A stretch of 64,000 bases of DNA from an uncultured Nitrososphaerales archaeon (GTDB lineage: Archaea > Thermoproteota > Nitrososphaeria > Nitrososphaerales > Nitrososphaeraceae): contig CAVOHZ010000010.1 of assembly GCA_963695855.1 (NCBI GenBank), positions 1,216,001-1,280,000 on the forward strand, written 5' to 3'. The notes beneath the pieces were generated by a model, which saw only the letters and a program-made list of their open reading frames with translations, made no database searches and was not told where the DNA came from. The position numbers and the translations under genes were made by a program. Numbering within the stretch: position 1 is the first letter of the stretch; the number at the start of each line of letters is the position of its first letter. Shown here in pieces: positions 1-9,392 of the stretch.

Positions 1-35
1 AGAATCAAATTCTTACACGAATAAATCAGGACAAT

Positions 36-254
36 GTGGTAAGGGATGTAAACAGACCAGTTATCGCCACAAAAATCAATTGTTGGGAGTGTGGTCTAGA
101 AATCTTTGTTCACAGCTTGGTTGTATCGAACAAGTATTCAAAAGGTAGAAAAAGACGATACCACTTTAGGTGTGCATTGAAAAAGAAACTTGTACAGGAA
201 AAGACAATGATGCATGAAGATTATAGAAAATTCCTGTTAGGTATATTAATTTGA
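36..254 (+). CDS. small basic putative zinc-binding protein
   Basis: ORF with CWEC and HFRC motifs, Lys/Arg-rich; start uncertain. Confidence 0.45.
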   Translation: MVRDVNRPVIATKINCWECGLEIFVHSLVVSNKYSKGRKRRYHFRCALKKKLVQEKTMMHEDYRKFLLGILI

Positions 255-373
255 GATGGTGTGACAGTCCTAGGCAAAACACCCGGTGACGACTAGGAGC
301 ACCAAAATGGAAGCACCATCATCCTACAACCTCATTTCTTTATTTATTATTTCTTTAATATTCATAAAAATTC

Positions 374-826
374 TCAAATATGATCTAACTTTTTAATTTG
401 CCCTCTTACTTTTCCCTTCGGTTTATCCTCTGTCGATATATTTACATATGCCTCTCCGTTTTCTATTTTTTCGACCAATTCTTCGGTATCCTTTCCTTGT
501 AACGGCCCTTTAAGATCCTGTGAACTTATATCCCCTTCACATAATTTGCCCGTAACTTCGTCTGTTGGAGTTTCAGACTTATACAGCTCTGCAACCGTTT
601 CTCCTTTCTCGTGTTTACCTACGTCAATACTTACTTCTTTTATATTGCTCATCTCTGTAATTTTAACAGAGAATTTTAGATCTTCATTATCTTTGGATTG
701 AAATGTTGCTAAAGCAGTATCTAATGTATTTACTACTGGCACTTCTTCTTTTCCAGTTAGTATTGCAGCAAAATCTATATTCTTTTTATCATTTTTATTA
801 TATTCTTTATCATTAGAGAAATTCAT
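374..826 (-). CDS. CHRD-domain protein
   Basis: F.A.LTG.EEVP.V.T at the N-terminus and G.AYVNI.T...P.G.VRGQI at the C-terminus are CHRD hallmarks. Confidence 0.8.
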   Translation of the reverse strand: MNFSNDKEYNKNDKKNIDFAAILTGKEEVPVVNTLDTALATFQSKDNEDLKFSVKITEMSNIKEVSIDVGKHEKGETVAELYKSETPTDEVTGKLCEGDISSQDLKGPLQGKDTEELVEKIENGEAYVNISTEDKPKGKVRGQIKKLDHI

Positions 827-850
827 TGTAGTTTAAAGTACACACCATTT

Positions 851-1033
851 TATATAATAGTTTCAGTACAACTTTATAGTAATTATTAATCTAATTAAAT
901 TATAAGTCTCATATATAATAGTTTCAGTACAACTTTATAGTAATTATTAATCTAATTAAATTATAAGTCTCATATATAATAGTTTCAGTACAACTTTATA
1001 GTAATTATTAATCTAATTAAATTATAAGTCTCA
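851..1033. repeat. perfect 61-bp tandem repeat, 3 copies
   Basis: Identical units at 851-911, 912-972 and 973-1033, no spacers. Confidence 0.95.
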
Positions 1034-1205
1034 TTACAATTAATTATCTTTTACAAAGTTTTTATATCATAATTCGTTTCTGGCAAAGACAAATTTTTTC
1101 TTAACGACTTGCCTGCTCTGACCTCCAACATCCAAATAGCGTTTCTGTTATTGTAGTAAAAAAAGAAATCCTTTATTCTATTAGTTACTACTATATTGGA
1201 TTGTT

Positions 1206-1331
1206 ATGACAAAATTTGTTGAAATGGACGAGAGAGTAAAATTTAAGGATCAGATTGAAGAAAAATAAATAGCGAGTTCGGTAATTCTGATAAATAAATT
1301 CAATGTAGAACCAGAAAAGGTTGAACAGTAC
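1206..1331 (+). pseudogene. antibiotic biosynthesis monooxygenase-like N-terminal fragment
   Basis: MTKFVEMDERVKFKDQIEEK*IASSVILINKFNVEPEKVEQ with an internal stop, then truncated. Confidence 0.55.
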
Positions 1332-1383
1332 CATTTTAAGATTTAATGATTCTTATCCAAAATATGTGAAGCTAATTGGTTGA

Positions 1384-1403
1384 CGGGCTCGGAGGGCTTC
1401 GAA
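1384..1403 (-). other. tRNA 3'-end fragment (Arg-like), att-type scar
   Basis: Minus strand TTCGAAGCCCTCCGAGCCCG = T-loop, 3' T-stem, acceptor strand and G discriminator; rest of the tRNA is absent. Confidence 0.65.
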
Positions 1404-1835
1404 TTTCAATTATAACAGGGTTTGGTTACATAATATATTAACCTTATTTGGTAAAATGATTATCTCTATAAATGAGATTTATGGAAGTCTAATAATGGAT
1501 CTCATTTAGTCAGTGTGTTGAGGATAATTCTCCGGTTGATGTCGGGATTGGAGCTGTAGGAAAATGATGTTATTGTAGAACGACTTGAAACCATTAATTA
1601 TTGAATACATGATTTCTATTTTTATAATTAACATATAGTATACCGTAACGTTTATCGGCTACTTATAACAAGTAAATATTCCAATGTCTTCTATCACGTT
1701 TCGATCATCATTAAAGAAGATGATTAATAACTATAAGTTGAAACCCTTATTAAAAGAAGAGGCATTAAAGGATATTGACGGACTTAAAGAAGATTTAGGA
1801 ATAAAAAATTTTAGACTGACGAAAAATCGTATTAA

Positions 1836-2720
1836 TTATAGAAAATCAGTAATCAAATGATTTTCACTATTTTTAATTAATTTGATAATCTCTTTTTTGT
1901 ATGAATTTTCTGTAGGTATTTTAAAAAATTCACAAAATTTATTTAGAAATTTTATCTCTTCCTGTAACAAAAAATTCTCATCCAAAACATTAGTTCCAAA
2001 TCTGAATAGATAGTTAAACACCAGTTTCTGGTTTATCGTTTCTAGTGTAACCAGACTTTTATATATTTTATCTATGTCACTAAATTTTTTTGTTACTTTA
2101 CTATCGAGTAGTAACTTGTTAAAACTTCTCTTTGGAATACTAAATATTCCGTTCGTTACGAATCTATCGAATACAGACAGTACTTCAAAAAAATCATCTT
2201 TACCTGTATATCCTATAATTGTTGTTGGAAGAAGTTTTAACAGATGAAGATTCTTGGAAATATGTTTCTTATCAAGTACTAAAAATGACCGACCAAAGGT
2301 TAGGATAGCATTTAATATTTGATTAGGAAGACGTTCATCAAGTACATCACTATCTGATTTTACTTCTACTGGAATAAACGTTAATTTTTTTATACTGCAT
2401 TTTTCTTGTTTAGCTATTTGAATAAACTGATGGGTTCGCATACGAATGTTCTGATAAAAATCATCATCACGCCCTTGGTCTTGAAAGAAAAGGTCATTTC
2501 TGGCGGTACCAATATAGGTATTATCCGTATATCTTTGATTCTTTTTATTTTTATGAACAATTACAATTACAAAGTCAAAATTGCCAAAATATGCTTCCTC
2601 CTTTATCTTTATTTGATGAGATTGATAATCTGAAATATGGATAGGAAGATGATGATTATTTTGAATATGTCTGTTTTTAATTGAACTTTTAAATAGTTGT
2701 TTAAGTTCTGTTTCATTCAT
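1836..2720 (-). CDS. putative PD-(D/E)XK nuclease (sce7726/MmcB-like)
   Basis: FDFVI...VEVKSDSDVLDERLPNQ resembles the E.KS..D...RL..Q motif. Confidence 0.55.
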   Translation of the reverse strand: MNETELKQLFKSSIKNRHIQNNHHLPIHISDYQSHQIKIKEEAYFGNFDFVIVIVHKNKKNQRYTDNTYIGTARNDLFFQDQGRDDDFYQNIRMRTHQFIQIAKQEKCSIKKLTFIPVEVKSDSDVLDERLPNQILNAILTFGRSFLVLDKKHISKNLHLLKLLPTTIIGYTGKDDFFEVLSVFDRFVTNGIFSIPKRSFNKLLLDSKVTKKFSDIDKIYKSLVTLETINQKLVFNYLFRFGTNVLDENFLLQEEIKFLNKFCEFFKIPTENSYKKEIIKLIKNSENHLITDFL

Positions 2721-2847
2721 GGATTGGTAACTATAATGGATTCATTTAGTAAATAATAATTATAGTATATCAATAATATTTGACTTGATGTAAAGATTTC
2801 TGGTATCTTATATACAACTTCATATAGCAATACTTTTATAATTTCAT

Positions 2848-2864
2848 TACCGTAAAGTACGGTA
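2848..2864. promoter_or_regulatory. palindromic operator candidate TACCGTA-AAG-TACGGTA
   Basis: Perfect 7-bp inverted repeat between a TTTTATAA box and the ATG at 2864. Confidence 0.55.
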
Positions 2865-3442
2865 TGAAAACGGTGTTACACTATACAAAACCGTTAACTG
2901 CCTATGAATATTTGAATATACTGACTTTCCATATAAACAACGAATCTATTGAATTAAGATATGGTGACAAGATTTCCTTTGTAGATTGTGATGAATTAGT
3001 TAGTGATATAATTGTTAAAGGATTACTTCCAAAAAGATATGGTGGTCTAGAATCTTCAAATGTACTTGTTATTACAAGTAATAATAGATTTGATTTTTAT
3101 CAATGTATAAATCTCGCAAAGAAAAAGTATGGGATGGATGTCAATGAGGTTTTAGACCATGTAATAATTACCAGAGTGTTTACCATTTATCAATTAGCAG
3201 AGACATTAATTCATGAACTTTTTGAATTAATGGAAAAATTCCAATCAAAATTATTAGTTATTATTTCTGATCTATTTCTCTTGAATTCGGTCAACCAGCA
3301 AATAGAACAAGAAGAGAAAGATTGGATTGTTAAACAGATTACAAAATCACTAAATAATATTAACAATTCTATTGTAACCATTTTCTCTTCTATCACTATG
3401 CCAGATTTCAAGAATCATAAAAAACTCACAAAAAAGAGATAG
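2864..3442 (+). CDS. inactivated RadA/Rad51-like protein of the PolB2 operon
   Basis: GGL.S.VL.I..N.FD.Y...LD..II.R.FT.YQL RecA-fold signature, no Walker A; lies upstream of PolB2. Confidence 0.8.
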   Translation: MKTVLHYTKPLTAYEYLNILTFHINNESIELRYGDKISFVDCDELVSDIIVKGLLPKRYGGLESSNVLVITSNNRFDFYQCINLAKKKYGMDVNEVLDHVIITRVFTIYQLAETLIHELFELMEKFQSKLLVIISDLFLLNSVNQQIEQEEKDWIVKQITKSLNNINNSIVTIFSSITMPDFKNHKKLTKKR

Positions 3443-3455
3443 AACGTGAATATAA

Positions 3456-3953
3456 ATGGGTAGAACTATTCCCTCATTTAGAATAGCAATTGATCTCGAA
3501 CAAAAGGAATGGAAATCATATCAAAAATATCTGAATCTAGAAAAGAGAAAATTATTTAGAGAAATGTTTTCAATTGCCAGGTTATACAATTCTGCTTGTT
3601 CTTATTGTAGTAATCCCATTAGAATATATCCTATTTTATTATCTATTATTTTTAATCAATACAAGTCTTTAAAAAAAAAAGACGAATGTGATATCAAGAT
3701 GAATCTATTTCCATATGAAGATATACTAACAAAAGAGATAGACTCATGGAAAAGTTATTCAGACTGTCTGAGAAAAAAAGACAGAGAACTATTTGATCAG
3801 ATGCTAAAAAATTCTTACCAATATTCAGAATCTATCAGTGCAAAAGGAAGGGATTATTCAACCGAATCTCTATTAATGACACTTTTATTTGAACAATACA
3901 AGCGAACAACATCTACTACTGTTTCTACTATGGATGGAGTGACTACAATTTAG
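3456..3953 (+). CDS. PolB2-associated small helical protein (arCOG07300-like), internally duplicated
   Basis: MGRTIPSFR start; two copies of E...WKSY...L....R.LF..M; conserved position before PolB2. Confidence 0.75.
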   Translation: MGRTIPSFRIAIDLEQKEWKSYQKYLNLEKRKLFREMFSIARLYNSACSYCSNPIRIYPILLSIIFNQYKSLKKKDECDIKMNLFPYEDILTKEIDSWKSYSDCLRKKDRELFDQMLKNSYQYSESISAKGRDYSTESLLMTLLFEQYKRTTSTTVSTMDGVTTI

Positions 3954-4000
3954 TTAAAATAACTGGATGGATTTTTGACGCTTACCGTTTAGATAACAAA

Positions 4001-6175
4001 ATGGTTTTTTGGATTAAAGATTCCAAAAATAATACAATAAAAATAGAAGACACCAAATGGAACAATTATTTTTATTTAGCAACCAATAATATCTCTAATT
4101 TAGAACAGATATGTAATCTTAGAGAGACAGAAGATTTCATTAAAAAAACTGAATACGTATATAGATATGAGAAAATAACAGACGATGAAAAATCCAAAGT
4201 ATTAAAGATATACACACAATATATTGGAAGCAATGTAAAACTTGCAAATATAATAGAAAGGAAAATAATAAAAGTATCTGGAGGATTTCAATTATACAAT
4301 ATAGATCTTTTACCAGTACAACATTATTTTTATGAACATGATTTATTTCCATGTGGCACCTTTGATGTTGAAGAGTCCCCGTATGGATTATTTTGGAAAG
4401 TACTTGATAATGATTGTGTATCTTTGACAGATTATATTGTACCAAATTTTAGAAATATTTATTTAAAGATTCACTTTCAAAAAGGAGGGATACCACGATT
4501 ATCAGATAAATTAAAACATATTACTATTACTACAACTTGTGACAAAGAATCAAAAATAAATATTCAAAATGAATCAGAAGATGAAATAATTATACAGTTA
4601 TCCAAGATAGTAAAAAAATTAGATCCTGATATAATTATAACAGAGAATGGAGATTCATTTCTTTTTCCCTATCTAATTCATAGGGCATCAGAAAATAATC
4701 TGGATTTGGTACTTGGTAGAGATTCTAATGTCACACTAAAAAAACCTACGAGAAACGGCGTTTCGTATTTTTCATATGGTAGAACATACTATAAACCATC
4801 TAGCATCAGATTTTATGGTAGATGGCATATAGATACTAGTTCCTCTTTTCTTTGGAGAGAAACTCAAGATATCCATGGACTTGTTGAGATTTCTAGACTA
4901 TCAAGACTTCCCTTGCATGAGACCTCAAGAGCAACAATTGGTAAATGCTTGACAAGTTTTCATCTGTATAATGCAACGAAAAAAGGTATTCTCGTACCCT
5001 GGAAACCAACAATGTCAGAATATCCAAAAACATTAAGAGAACTTTTTATTGCTGATAGAGGAGGTCTCATACTGGAACCAGAAATTGGAGTTCATGAAAA
5101 AGTAGCCGAATTTGATTTTGTATCTTTATATCCAAATATAATATACAAAAAGAATATCTCAGCGGAGACAATTCGATGTCAATGTTGTTACTTAGATTCA
5201 AATAACAAAATACCTGAATTAAACTATCACATCTGTAAAAGAAAGGACGGATTGATCCCAAAATCACTGGAACTAGTTCTCAAAAAAAGGTTGCATTATA
5301 AACAATTGAAAAAGACAACTCTTAATGATAAACTAAAAAAAATATATAATGCAAGACAATCTGCATTAAAATGGATTCTTGTAACGTCTTTTGGTTATCT
5401 TGGATTTAGTAATGCAAAATTTGGAAGAATCGATGCACATATTGCAGTTTGTGCTTTTGCTAGAAATATTCTTCTTGAATCAGTAAAGATAGCAGAAGAA
5501 TTAGGATTCGAAGTTTTACATGGAATTGTAGATTCAATATGGATAAAAAAAGAAAATGCTACAAAAAATGATTATATCAAATTAAAAAACAGTATTGAAG
5601 AAAGAACCGGCTTTGAAATATCCTTTGAAGGTGTCTATAAATGGATCGCCTTTCTATCTTCTGAACAAGACAATCGCATTCCTGTTACAAATAGATACTT
5701 TGGTGTTTTTGAAGATGGAACATTGAAAATGAGAGGGATTGAAACGAGAAGACACGATACGCCATTATTTTTTTCAAATTTTCAACAAAATATTCTTGAG
5801 ATTCTTGCAAGTGCTAATAATAGACAGGAACTAAGACAAAAATTGTCAGAAATCCATTTTCTTTATAAAAAATACTTATTGCTACTTAGAGAAAGAAAAG
5901 TATCAATAGAAGATTTAATTTTTACAAAACAATTGTCTAAAAATTATGATGAATATGAAAATAGAAATACCATTGAAAATAATGTATTAAAGATTCTAAC
6001 ATCTAACAAAGAATTTCCAAAGGCAGGTCAACTTCTAAAATATGTAATAACTTATTATCCAAGACGGAAAGCAATACCATTACAACTTGTAGATGATAAA
6101 ACTAGATATGATATAGATAGATATTCTGAAATGCTAACAGATATTTATGATTCAATTGTGAAAATCATAAATTAG
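4001..6175 (+). CDS. polB2: family B DNA polymerase, PolB2 group
   Basis: Motif A DFVSLYP, motif B K.ILV.SFGY.G, PolB2-type motif C HGIVDS, K.RGIE.RR.D; true start probably ~15 codons upstream. Confidence 0.92.
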   Translation: MVFWIKDSKNNTIKIEDTKWNNYFYLATNNISNLEQICNLRETEDFIKKTEYVYRYEKITDDEKSKVLKIYTQYIGSNVKLANIIERKIIKVSGGFQLYNIDLLPVQHYFYEHDLFPCGTFDVEESPYGLFWKVLDNDCVSLTDYIVPNFRNIYLKIHFQKGGIPRLSDKLKHITITTTCDKESKINIQNESEDEIIIQLSKIVKKLDPDIIITENGDSFLFPYLIHRASENNLDLVLGRDSNVTLKKPTRNGVSYFSYGRTYYKPSSIRFYGRWHIDTSSSFLWRETQDIHGLVEISRLSRLPLHETSRATIGKCLTSFHLYNATKKGILVPWKPTMSEYPKTLRELFIADRGGLILEPEIGVHEKVAEFDFVSLYPNIIYKKNISAETIRCQCCYLDSNNKIPELNYHICKRKDGLIPKSLELVLKKRLHYKQLKKTTLNDKLKKIYNARQSALKWILVTSFGYLGFSNAKFGRIDAHIAVCAFARNILLESVKIAEELGFEVLHGIVDSIWIKKENATKNDYIKLKNSIEERTGFEISFEGVYKWIAFLSSEQDNRIPVTNRYFGVFEDGTLKMRGIETRRHDTPLFFSNFQQNILEILASANNRQELRQKLSEIHFLYKKYLLLLRERKVSIEDLIFTKQLSKNYDEYENRNTIENNVLKILTSNKEFPKAGQLLKYVITYYPRRKAIPLQLVDDKTRYDIDRYSEMLTDIYDSIVKIIN

Positions 6176-6627
6176 AAAGTCTATAAACGAGAAACTATAT
6201 TTTTCATTGTTTATCATATATAGTAAATGTAAAAGCATACATTAATTCTAATTCTGAATATGTATCCCAAATAAACAGCTGAATGAATACAACCAATTAG
6301 CAAATCATTTGTTATTATACTGCCTAACATAATTTAGTAAATCTTTTAAAACCCAGAAAATGGATTTTTTAAGCGTAGTAAACCTCACATATTAAGAAAA
6401 ATATGTAAACGAACTTTTGTTGGTTAGTATAGTACATTATGTCGATTGTTTTTATGTCATATGATCCGTTCTAATCAATATATGACAATAAAAATCTAAA
6501 TAATGCATTAGAGTCGGCAGCAGCAATGTACGTAATTAACAAATTTCTAAAAATCGGTGTATTGATTCAGAAAAGTGAAAAAAAGATAACTATAATGATA
6601 ACAATATAATAACAATAACATAACGCT

Positions 6628-6906
6628 ATGAGTCAGAAATCACTAATTTGTATATATACAAACAAAGACAGAAATGAATTTGCTATTGGGCTCAAGGGAG
6701 ACGAGAATTTTAGGGCAGTTACGAAAGTAGGTGAATTTTATACAAGATTTGTTGATGCTTTTGATCAGATGGTGGACGAGAAGGAAATTGATTGGAAACA
6801 GGAATTAAAGAAATGGATTACGGCTGCAAAGAAAAACGAAACCATATTTGTTGAAGTGGACCTGAGTGGTTGCTACGAAGTAACGGACAAACTTTATGAG
6901 GCGTAA
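6628..6906 (+). CDS. hypothetical protein
   Basis: 92-aa ATG ORF with protein-like composition. Confidence 0.6.
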   Translation: MSQKSLICIYTNKDRNEFAIGLKGDENFRAVTKVGEFYTRFVDAFDQMVDEKEIDWKQELKKWITAAKKNETIFVEVDLSGCYEVTDKLYEA

Positions 6907-8010
6907 AGGAAATGAAAGACGGACCACGTCTTGCATGATATTTCAAGATATCTACACCTGTGGCTAAATCCTCTTCCGAATATCAATTCATGATAAAACA
7001 TATTAGGAGAACAAGTTGCAGAGCTGCAGGGAAAAATAATAGGTCAAAGGGTTCTGGATGTAGAGGGCCCTAGCGATATTAGTACTAACAGCAATAAGAC
7101 GAATAGTAAAAAATTTTTGTCTCCCTTGATTAATTAGGCTTGTATTTATTGTTTATTCTATAAATACGGACAAATATGTTTTTTATTTGTCTTAACTTCC
7201 TAGTACTCACCATTTAGAAGATTCCAGAAAATGGGAGCATTGCATCGTTAATATTGTATCGTTACAACAGGTAATACATAGAAATTAACTTGTTCATTGG
7301 AAATGCTATTACAACAAAAATTTTTATATCATCTTTATTTTTGATTATATATCCAAGTTTTTTAAAAATTAACTAATGTGGATTCAAAAAATTTGAGTGC
7401 TAACATTATAAATCCAACCGAATCCGCCTGAGATAATATGTTGTGTGGGTCTAAATATACAAGACCACCAAATTGATTTCTTTAGATTTTAACTTCAATA
7501 ACTTACCATCGAACTTTAATCCATAATAACGAGAAAACAAAACTAGTTTCTTGATATGATCTCAATCTATATAAGACTATTCAAACGATAAAATTACTTT
7601 TTATCCTTACTTTTTTATTCTATAGAAATCAAAGATAGTTTTTCAGGAAATTTGTGTGATAGTTTAAACTTTTTAAAAGTTTAATGAACATTCACGTTTC
7701 GTAAATACATCTTATGTTTTTCTGAATGACATTGTTTAGTACAAAAATAATCAATAAATATATAACACAATATTGGATCTGAATGAATCAATTTACTACA
7801 ATTACTACAATACAAAGAGACATTATTTTGACTAATATAAGTTGAAATAATTTTCATTTGTATAAATCTAATTTCATATCATTCATATTAAAATATTTTG
7901 GTCTATATTTTTGTGGCTAAAAAATTATTAATGTTAATCTGTATAAGAATATGACAGTATGACATATAATTAATATCATATATGGGAATAGGTTTTGGAT
8001 AAATATCATA

Positions 8011-8028
8011 TTTTTCGGCGCCGAAAAA
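8011..8028. repeat. palindrome TTTTTCGGCGCCGAAAAA, copy 1
   Basis: Perfect 18-bp palindrome that recurs in the window. Confidence 0.8.
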
Positions 8029-8111
8029 AATGGTTATCGTATATAAAAGTTTAGTAACGCTTTATTTATTATTAGAGGATCACATTTAAAAAGTATTTTT
8101 ACAATAAAGAT

Positions 8112-8582
8112 ATGATGTCACATATAAGACAAATAGTTGTTAAAATAGAAACAAGTGATATACCTGACGCAGGCACAAATGGTGAAGTATATTTAGGAGT
8201 AGGAGGAAGAGAATTTCGAGTTGATAAACCTGGAAATCAATTTAGTAGAGGTAATGTAGCTGCCCAAGCAGATGTCTTTATATTCGGCACAGAAGGCGGC
8301 ACAAATGCAAACGTAGAAAATCCAGATATTAACGATCCCCAAGCGACAAGGATGGAAACTAGTAGTGGAGAAGCCTATAACTTTCCAGTCTACATTAGAC
8401 TTGATCCTAAAAATGATCAGGATAATGATTGGAGCGTTCAAAGTGTAAATGTAGACATAAATGCTGCAGCAGCAGGGGGTCAAAATGCCAATTATAGATT
8501 TCCCGACAACACTATTCAGAATGGACCAGTATGGTTAGGTAGAAAATCAGGACTAACATTACTTCTAGAAAAACAACCCTAA
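8112..8582 (+). CDS. PLAT/LH2-like beta-sandwich protein
   Basis: V.I.T.D..DAGT...VYL, F.RG..D.F and W.V.SV.V motifs. Confidence 0.55.
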   Translation: MMSHIRQIVVKIETSDIPDAGTNGEVYLGVGGREFRVDKPGNQFSRGNVAAQADVFIFGTEGGTNANVENPDINDPQATRMETSSGEAYNFPVYIRLDPKNDQDNDWSVQSVNVDINAAAAGGQNANYRFPDNTIQNGPVWLGRKSGLTLLLEKQP

Positions 8583-8646
8583 AAATTCCACCTATTTTTT
8601 TATTTTTCTAACAATTTAAGACTCAGTTAAGGTATAAAAAAGAGAT

Positions 8647-8916
8647 ATGTTCTACTTTTCTATTTTGTTCCATGCTCAATATTGGAACGATTTTTTAACA
8701 TTTTATAATAACGCTGAATTAGATAAAATAAATGAATTTACAGAAGCGACAAGAATAAATCAAGAAAATACGAAATTGATGGAAGAGTTTAATAAACGAA
8801 GTAGTGAAAGCCATGAAAAATTTATGGAAACGCTTAGAAATATCCCTCACCAAGAGTGTGAGGGGCACTTTGTAATTGATCATTATGTACTGGAATGCCG
8901 GACCGTCTATGGGTAA
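8647..8916 (+). CDS. hypothetical protein, possibly a fragment
   Basis: 89-aa ORF, no recognised motif. Confidence 0.35.
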   Translation: MFYFSILFHAQYWNDFLTFYNNAELDKINEFTEATRINQENTKLMEEFNKRSSESHEKFMETLRNIPHQECEGHFVIDHYVLECRTVYG

Positions 8917-8933
8917 GGTGAATCCGTTAGAGT

Positions 8934-9392
8934 ATGAACATGAATATGTTATTAAATTCTCATATTAAAAATAAGATATTTCCTTGGATTAATGTTGAAA
9001 TGGCATCTGGCAATTTTATAGGAAGAGATAACTCATTTTTTGAAATCAACAAGAAAGAACAAACTATAGAATTTCTTATTACTAAAGTTAAAAGCTATGA
9101 TGAAGATCCAAATAATACATAACAACTTGGACAATTACTTTAACCCGTTAAGACTATTTTATAAATGGTTAAACAATCATGATAACGACATTGATCATGA
9201 AAGTTGGCAAACTCCTGAATTTATGAAGATAAAGAATAAAAAAAGTAAAAGAATAACTGCATATTTAGAAAGTGAAAATTGGGAAAAAAAGGAATATTAT
9301 CTATTATAAAATATGAACCTTATAAAGAAATAAGGCAGCTCTAACATTATTTTGGGATTTGAATGGAAGAAATCATGAATTGACTATACTTA
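8934..9392 (+). pseudogene. tyrosine integrase pseudogene (Nitrososphaeraceae type), frameshifted and cut by IS5
   Basis: Across frames: EQTIEFL.TK.K...DP / LFYKWL.N...WQTP.F.KIK.K.SKR...Y.ESE.WE / RNKAALTLFWDLNGRNHEL, which includes the first catalytic Arg box. Confidence 0.7.

Noticed and set aside
851-1033. CRISPR array
   Set aside because: Units are contiguous and identical with no spacers; no cas genes in the window
1384-1403. Functional tRNA gene
   Set aside because: Only the T-loop and acceptor 3' strand are present; the same holds for 60964-60986
4001-6175. Casposon or pipolin polymerase
   Set aside because: Motif C HGIVDS and the RadA-like/arCOG07300-like neighbours indicate PolB2; no Cas1 or element TIRs seen
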